Under the pieces are notes generated by a model, which worked only from the letters and a program-made list of their open reading frames with translations, was not told the origin of the DNA and searched no databases. DNA of 64,000 nucleotides from Octopus vulgaris (taxonomy: Eukaryota): positions 70,184,001 to 70,248,000 of the forward strand of contig OX597830.1 of the NCBI GenBank assembly GCA_951406725.2, read 5' to 3'. This document shows, piece by piece, positions 56,106 to 64,000 of this stretch. How positions within the stretch are numbered: position 1 is the first letter of the stretch; each line of letters begins with the position of its first letter. The position numbers and the translations under genes are program-made.

Positions 56106-57171
56106 GTACTGACAGGGAAGGTAGTATTACCAGTGTTGTTGTTGTTGTTATTATTGTTGTTGTTGTTGTTGTGGTGGTGATGGTAATATGAATTGTTTGA
56201 CCTTTGCAATAATAGTCATGATAGCACAAGTCACAAAGTTTTTGTTGTTTTTGAAATGGCGGTGACGGTGGCGGTGGTGGCGATGATGAGGCTAATGATG
56301 ATGATGATGATGATGATAATGATGATGATGACGATGACGATGACGATGATGATTATGATGATGATGATGATGATGACGATGACGATGACGATGACGATGA
56401 TGATGATGATGATGATGATGATAATGATGATAATGATGATGATGATAATGATGATGATAATAATGATGATGATGATGATGATGATAATACTTCTGCTGCT
56501 GCTGCTGATGATGATGATAATGATGATTATGATGACGACGACGACGACGACGATAATGATGCTGGTGAGGGTGGTTGTGATGATGATAGTGCTGCTGGTG
56601 ATGGTGATGCTGCTGCTACTGCTGAAGATGATGACTACGACAACGATGACAACGACGGCAATGATACAGATGATAACAGATGATGATAGAGTTATCATGG
56701 TTTGATAACGATAGCAGAAATGGCAGCGACGATAATGAAGGAAATTACGGCCTCAATGTTGTTATCGTTGTTGTTGTTGATGGTGGTGGTGGTGGTGGTG
56801 GTGGTGGTGGTGATGGTGGTGGTGGTGATGGTGGAATTTCTGTTGGTGGCTTTGTCATAGAGAGCGGGAGGTGATGCTGATAACAATGGTGTTTGCGGTG
56901 GTAGTGGTGGGTTCGGTTTTTTGTGGTGGAGTCAGCGGTGGTGGTGACGGGGGTGATTCAAGGGTTAATAAAGCACAGTCCCTACTTTTTAGACGTTGAC
57001 AATTTGATCTCGCGTTTGTGTGAGGTCACTGATAAGAACAGGTCCACCCACATTGCGCCTGCGTAGGGGCAGGAAACCGCCAATTATCCATTCAGTATCT
57101 TTTCTTTTACTTCTTCCGATATTTCGATGACTGCAAAAGTACGACCATATATTCATATGTACGTGTATATA

Positions 57172-57225
<54 letters not shown>

Positions 57226-57422
57226 GAATGAGTGTATGGATGTGTGTGTGTGTGTGTGTGAGTGGCTTTATAGATTTACGTTCGTTCATATGTTCCAAAA
57301 TACATTTATTATTATATTTGAGTTCATGTTAGTCTCTTATTCCCCACCCCCTTTTTCTCACAACGACAATACCTTATGATGATGCTGCTGCTGCTAACGA
57401 TTATGATTATGATGATGGCGAC

Positions 57423-57479
<57 letters not shown>

Positions 57480-57607
57480 CAAGACATACAGTCACTCAAC
57501 ATTACCGCCATTTATACGGTAAATTTTGTTGTCTGCAGCAATGTGTGTGTATGTACGTATGTGTGTGTGTGTGTATGTGTGCCTGTGTGTTTGTGTTTGT
57601 ATAAATA

Positions 57608-57644
<37 letters not shown>

Positions 57645-57788
57645 TGCTTATATATATGTATAAATACATGTATGATTATACATACACACAAACGCATATA
57701 TGTAAATGGTAGTTTAAGTATACGCGCATACACTGAATAACTGATATACATGCCCATATACACACACACTCACACACACACAACCACG

Positions 57789-57819
<31 letters not shown>

Positions 57820-58254
57820 GTATATATATATATATTATCTTCTATTATTTGACTTTTATATATATATTTGTCTTGTAGGGATCGTTCACTGCGGACACAA
57901 TGCAAAAAAACAAAAACAAAAACAAAAACAAAAAAAAAACAAAACAAAAAAATAAATAAACGAAGAACAAAAACCTTTAAAAAAAAAAAAAAAGACATAA
58001 CGAAAGCAAACAAGAAAATTTCATTATTTCTATTTACAGACTTTTCAAATCAATGAGCAAGAAGCGTGACCGGCACAAATCAACAATTCTGTCATGTAGA
58101 TCCCGTCATGTGAAAAATCGCATTCAGCTCTTGATGAATTGCCATCGATTTCAGTATTTCATTATCCGCTTGTCCGAACTACGAAGTTAAAACACAACGC
58201 CTTCGACACGGACAATAATAATAATAATAACAATAATAATAATAATAGATGATG

Positions 58255-58296
<42 letters not shown>

Positions 58297-58303
58297 GATG
58301 ATG

Positions 58304-58334
<31 letters not shown>

Positions 58335-58825
58335 TAATAATAATAATAATAATGATAATAATAATAATAATGATAATAATAATGATAATGATAATGATTA
58401 TGATAATGATGATGATGAGGCTGATGAGGAGGAGGAGGATGTTGATGTTGGAGATGAAGATGTTGATGATGATGGTTATCTTTGAGTCGAGTCGAGTTGA
58501 GTCGACGGGTGACGCACCCGCATTCAAATACCTAAATTCATGCTTATATACGTGTACATAAGCACACATACATCATATTCGCTCATGAATAATATACAAA
58601 GATATATGTATATATACATGTGTGTGTGTATGTGTGTGTGTGTGTGTGGTGTGTATACATACATATGTACATGCGTACACACGCACACACACATAATATA
58701 TATATATATATATATATATATAGTAATAATATATATGTATATATATATATATATATATAAACATACATACACTTACGAAGGTACGAACGCATGAGATTCA
58801 CAGTGAAATATGCACTACTACTACA

Positions 58826-58873
<48 letters not shown>

Positions 58874-58918
58874 GCTACTACTACTACAGCTACTACTACT
58901 ACTATAGCTACTACTACA

Positions 58919-58963
<45 letters not shown>

Positions 58964-59022
58964 GCTACTACAACCGGAAGATTGTTTATATCTCTGTCTG
59001 CGATTATATATGCATGCATGTA

Positions 59023-59095
<73 letters not shown>

Positions 59096-59587
59096 ACACA
59101 CACAGAAACACACACATACATACACACATATACGCACAGATACACACGTACGTATGTAAAGTTTTACACTCCTTTTATAGAAAATACATTGTAACTCTGA
59201 GTTTCGTACTTAATTCATGAAACCATCAAGCAGATATACTTGTCCGACATGCTCGGAAAATTCGACATAAACTAGACTTCCGGCAGAGCATGGTAAAATG
59301 GAATACGTAAGTGGTGTAAACTCATATTCAATAAATGTGAGTTATTTCTCACTAAGGTTTAAAGCTAAAAAAAGGTGACCGGATCATAAAGAGAATCAGG
59401 GAGAAAAACGAAACAATAAGAAACAAAAGCAACAGGGGAAATAATTCAATATGAAGGAACAAGAGCGAAGTGACGAAACGATGGCAAAAAAAAACGAGGA
59501 TCTTCATCAGACACCAAGCATTAAGGTCTTGAGTGTTTGTATGTTGTGTGTGTAGAGTCTATTGACTGTCGACTTACATACGCACAA

Positions 59588-59974
59588 GTGGAGGCACAAT
59601 GGCCCAGTGGTTAGGGCAGCGGACTCGCGGTCGTAGGATCGCGGTTTCGATTCCCAGTCCGGGCGTTGTGAGTGTTTATTGAGCGAAAACACCTAAAAAA
59701 GCTCCACAAGGCTCCGGCAGGGGATGGTGGTGATCCCTGCTGTACTCTTTCATCACAACTTTCTCTCACTCTTACTTTCTGTTTTTGTTGTACCTGTATT
59801 TCAAGGGGCCGGCCTTGTCACTCTCTGTGTCACGCTGAATATCTCCGAGAACTACGTTAAGAGTGCACGTGTCTGTGGAGTGCTCAGCCACTTACACGTT
59901 AATTTCACGAGCAGGCTGTTCCGTTGATTCGGATCAACCGGAACCCTCATCGTCGTAACCGACGGAGTGCTTCC
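59588..59974 (+). mobile_element. SINE family C, full length, 11-bp TSD
   Basis: TSD ACATACGCACA at 59576-59586 and 59975-59985, with intact A and B boxes. Confidence 0.92.
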
Positions 59975-60412
59975 ACATACGCACATTCACATATACAAGC
60001 ATATTTTTTTCATCATTATAAAATAATTCACGTTTACATTTTTACGAATGAATCCGAACCTGTTAGATATGCAAGGTCTCTATAAATTATTTTTACAACT
60101 TTCATATTTACTTGCAGTGTGTGGGTTCTGTATTGGTTTTGTGCAACCAACGGAGCCCACGTTGATGTGTTCTGGTATTTCTGTTAAAACCTTACTTGCT
60201 TTCCTATGTTTTACAATAAACCCTGCTGAGTTATCCTTACTTTTCATTGTTTTTTTTTTTTTTTCAGAATTTTTCAATTTGTAATGGTAATTTTGGGACG
60301 TAATGTATGTACGTATGTATGTATGTACATATTTCTGTACAAATATATATGCATATATATATATATATATATATATAAATGTATATATGTGTGAATGTGT
60401 GTGTGCGTGCAG

Positions 60413-60482
<70 letters not shown>

Positions 60483-61225
60483 ATTCAATGGCTTAACACA
60501 CATTAAAATAGCAACGCTTTCAATTTGCCAAGTTACACTTGAAGCATTAACTTTTCTTATTTCACTTTACCCCAACAGCTGTATCGTTTTTATTAATTTT
60601 TAACAAAAGGATGGAACGAATATAAATTTTATAGGTTTCTTTTTAAATTTATTGTCAAGTTTTCAATAACCTGACACGTACAACAAAAGAAAATCATTTC
60701 ATATTCTAAATGTCACTTTAAGCGTCGCCTTTTGTATACTTTAACTTTTAAGACTGTGCACTGAAAGCTACTTCAATTTTTAATTTAGGTGCGGTAATAG
60801 ACGAATAAATTGCAGCGAGTTGGAGAATACTAAAAATAACGTCGATGCGTAAAAAGGAGACGTCGTACGAATCAAAGTGAACGTGTCCGTTGCAGCTTAC
60901 AAACTCAACAGCAAATATTAGAAAACAGAAATAAACAGAGAAATCTGCTATAGAAGAGGCATTTTTAATGCAGCGGTATGTGGAAGGAAGTACAGATCGG
61001 ATAGCGCAAAGACAAAACAAACAAATGGAACAACAGAAGCTTGAAACAATGGGGAAAAAAATGGTCGCATTGAGCGCTTTAAATAGAAAAGTTGCAATCA
61101 ACATCGCAGGATCTACAAAAATTCGCATTTCTAAACCGTTCACGGAGCTGAAATATATGAAAGTCACTCAACTAAGCTCACATTTCTTAACCGTTCAGGG
61201 ATCGATGTGCCCGTAATATATATGG

Positions 61226-61630
61226 TCTTTTACTTGTTTGAGTCATTTGGCTGAGAGCACCGCCTTAAAGGAATTTTAGCTGAAGAAATCGACCCCTGGA
61301 CTTATTCTGGTATTTATTCTGTCAGTCATTTTTGCCGAATTGCTAAGTTACGGGGACGTAAACTTACCAACATCGGTTGTCGAGCGATAGTGGGGAGACA
61401 AACACAGACGCAAAGACACACACAGACACACACACATACACACATATATATATATATATATATATACGATGGGCTTCTTACAGTTTCCGTCTAGCAAATC
61501 CACTCTCAAGGCTTTGGTCGGTCCGAGGCTATAGTAGAAGACACTTGCTGAAGGTGCCACGCAGTGGAACTGAACCCGGAACCATGTGGTTGGGAAGCAA
61601 GCTTCTCACCACACAGCCAAGCCTGTGCCT
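61226..61630 (-). mobile_element. SINE family A
   Basis: Colinear with the other A copies. Confidence 0.85.
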
Positions 61631-61694
61631 ACTCAACTTACACGTTACTCGACCTTACTTTTTTTTTTTTTTTTTTTTGGAAGAGCGATCAATT

Positions 61695-61840
61695 CAAAGT
61701 TCTGGGTTCAAATTCCACCGTGGTCGACTTTGCCTTTCATCCTTTCGGAGTCGATAATATAAACTACCCGTTGAATTGTGCGGTCGATATAACCGACATG
61801 CTGCTTGTTCGAAATTGTTGGTCTTGTGTCAAAATTTTAA
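61695..61840 (+). mobile_element. SINE family B, 5'-truncated
   Basis: GGGTTCAAATTCCACCGTGGTCGACTTTGCCTTTCATCCTTTCGGAGTCGAT. Confidence 0.75.
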
Positions 61841-62032
61841 ATCAGTGTAACAAATGAAGGAACCAAGATTATCGTTAAGAAGCGAATAATCAAGTTTAAA
61901 ACCGTTACAAACTGCATAAATTATCTTGGTAGCTGAAGAATTAAGCATGTAATCAAAGATGATGTAACAAGCATAAAGCTAAAGATAGAAAAAAAAACTA
62001 ACAATATAGCAAACGACGATGGATAATAAAGT

Positions 62033-62419
62033 GTGGAAGCACTCCGTCGGTTACGACGACGAGGGTTCCGGTTGATCCGAATCAACGGAACAGCTTGCTC
62101 GTGAAATTAACGTGTAAGTGGCTGAGCACTCCACAGACACGTGCACCCTTAACGTAGTTCTCGGGGATATTCAGCGTGACACAGAGAGTGACAAGGCCGG
62201 CCCTTTGAAATACAGGTACAACAGAAACAGGAAGTAAGAGTGAGAGAAAGTTGTGGTGAAAGAGTACAGCAGGGATCACCACCATCCCCTGCCGGAGCCT
62301 CGTGGAGCTTTTAGGTGTTTTCGCTCAATAAACACTCACAACGCCCGGTCTGGGAATCGAAACCGCGATCCTACGACCGCGAGTCCGCTGCCCTAACCAC
62401 TGGGCCATTGCGCCTCCAC
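62033..62419 (-). mobile_element. SINE family C, full length, 12-bp TSD
   Basis: TSD GGATAATAAAGT at 62021-62032 and 62420-62431. Confidence 0.93.
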
Positions 62420-62519
62420 GGATAATAAAGTATTTAGCCAACGACGAGGTGCAAAACGTTTTCAACAAAGACGAAGAACCAAGAATATAACCGAAAGTGT
62501 ACGCAGCTAAGAATCATTT

Positions 62520-62760
62520 GGCAACCCGTCGGTCACGATGGCATGTGTTCTAGTTGATCCGATCAACGGAATCGCCTATTCGTGAGACTAACGTGCAAAT
62601 GGCTGAGTACTCGTACACATTATTTTGCGGGACACCAAATGTGACAAGTCTGACCCATCGAAGTACAAGTACTACTCATTAGAGCAACAGCAAATAAAGT
62701 GTCTTGCTCGGGAATCGAACTCACGATCGCGAGCCAAATACCCTAACCACTAAGCCACGC
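62520..62760 (-). mobile_element. Older family C-related SINE with internal deletions
   Basis: GTTGATCCGATCAACGGAA tail region and CCCTAACCACTAAGCCACGC head. Confidence 0.7.
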
Positions 62761-62978
62761 TAAGAGATTTAAGACCAATGTTGAAGGCATTCATATCTTG
62801 ACAACCCCGCCCATATTACTTTAGAAATCGTGTACCGTTGATCATATCAAATATGTTCTTTGTTTTAAGATTATGGAGGTTTGGCTCGAAGAAGATTTAG
62901 CAACTATTTCTACATTCGTGGATTCTACATTCTCCTGGATGACTCTAGAAGAGATAAAGGAAATCTTGAGTGAAAAAC

Positions 62979-63022
<44 letters not shown>

Positions 63023-63372
63023 GAGAGAGAGAGAGAGAGAAAGTGAGTGGGTGAGAATTGAAATGTCTTAGATAGATTGATAGATGGTTAGACAGCTAGA
63101 TAGACAGACGGGTTGGTAGATAGACAGATACACTGGCAGATAGACAGACAGACAGAGAGACAGACAGCTAAACAGATATATAGATAGGTAGATGGATAGA
63201 TAGATAGATAGATTGATTGGTTGATTGATTGATTGATTGATTGATAGCAAGAGAGGGAAACTGGAAGAGAGAGACAGAGTGAAAAAGAGAAAGAGTAAGA
63301 AAACGCAAGTAGGAGTAACACAGCAAAAGGCGGGTAACGAGGTGGAGAGTAACTTAATAGGAGATTGAACGG

Positions 63373-63408
<36 letters not shown>

Positions 63409-63747
63409 AAGAGAGAAAGCGTGAGAGGTGTGGAGAAAGACATACATGGAGATGTAATTGAGGAAGATTAAGGAAGATAAAGGGTGGTAGGAGTCAATGA
63501 CTAAGTAGACAAAACAAAACAAAAACAAAAGAAGACGAAAGCCAGGGAGCGGAATGAGAGAGAGTGTATTTGCGTTGCTTTATGAGTCGAGTATCATTAC
63601 TTATATGATGTGAGTTCTCAGTGAACTCCAAATACATAAAGGGGACATAATTTGAATATGTCATGTCTATGAATACAGGGTTCATACATACACATTATAT
63701 AGATGATGTCCAGCCCCAGTGAAGCTGTCTTGCTTTCAGAATCTTTT

Positions 63748-63803
<56 letters not shown>

Positions 63804-63811
63804 TCATTCTC

Positions 63812-63881
<70 letters not shown>

Positions 63882-64000
63882 CTGTTTTCTTTCTCTTTGT
63901 TTTTGTGGTAGGTAGAAAATAACTTTACTTTTCGAAGAATTACGCATACACACGGAGACGCATACACAGAGGAGTCAGAGAGAGAGAGAGAGAGAGAGAG

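Noticed and set aside
59588-59665. tRNA gene
   Set aside because: The A and B boxes belong to a SINE head continuous with a ~390-bp body bounded by a TSD.

Overview
AT-rich, microsatellite-saturated eukaryotic non-coding DNA. The repeat repertoire resembles what I know from octopus genomes; this is an inference and was not searched. I recognise no host protein-coding exon, rRNA, tRNA gene or CRISPR array, and almost all listed ORFs are translations of (TA)n, (CA)n, (GA)n, (GATA)n, (AAT)n, (GAT)n or (GGT)n tracts. The only recognisable protein fragments come from transposons: an R4/Dong-type restriction-like endonuclease (6704-7051), a Tc1/mariner N-terminal HTH in an internally deleted element (44857-45589), and a Tc1/mariner C-terminus inside a 555-bp foldback element (21626-22180). 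The window also holds many copies of three tRNA-derived SINE families (A, B, C). An old (CAA)n-tailed family D has a 5' end whose consensus fits an HDV-like ribozyme fold. Several Penelope-like terminal remnants sit in (TA)n and carry variant or partial hammerhead motifs, some as inversions. A 20-copy minisatellite has higher-order structure. Short unique islands between the repeats may be cis-regulatory, as expected for a large intron or gene desert.
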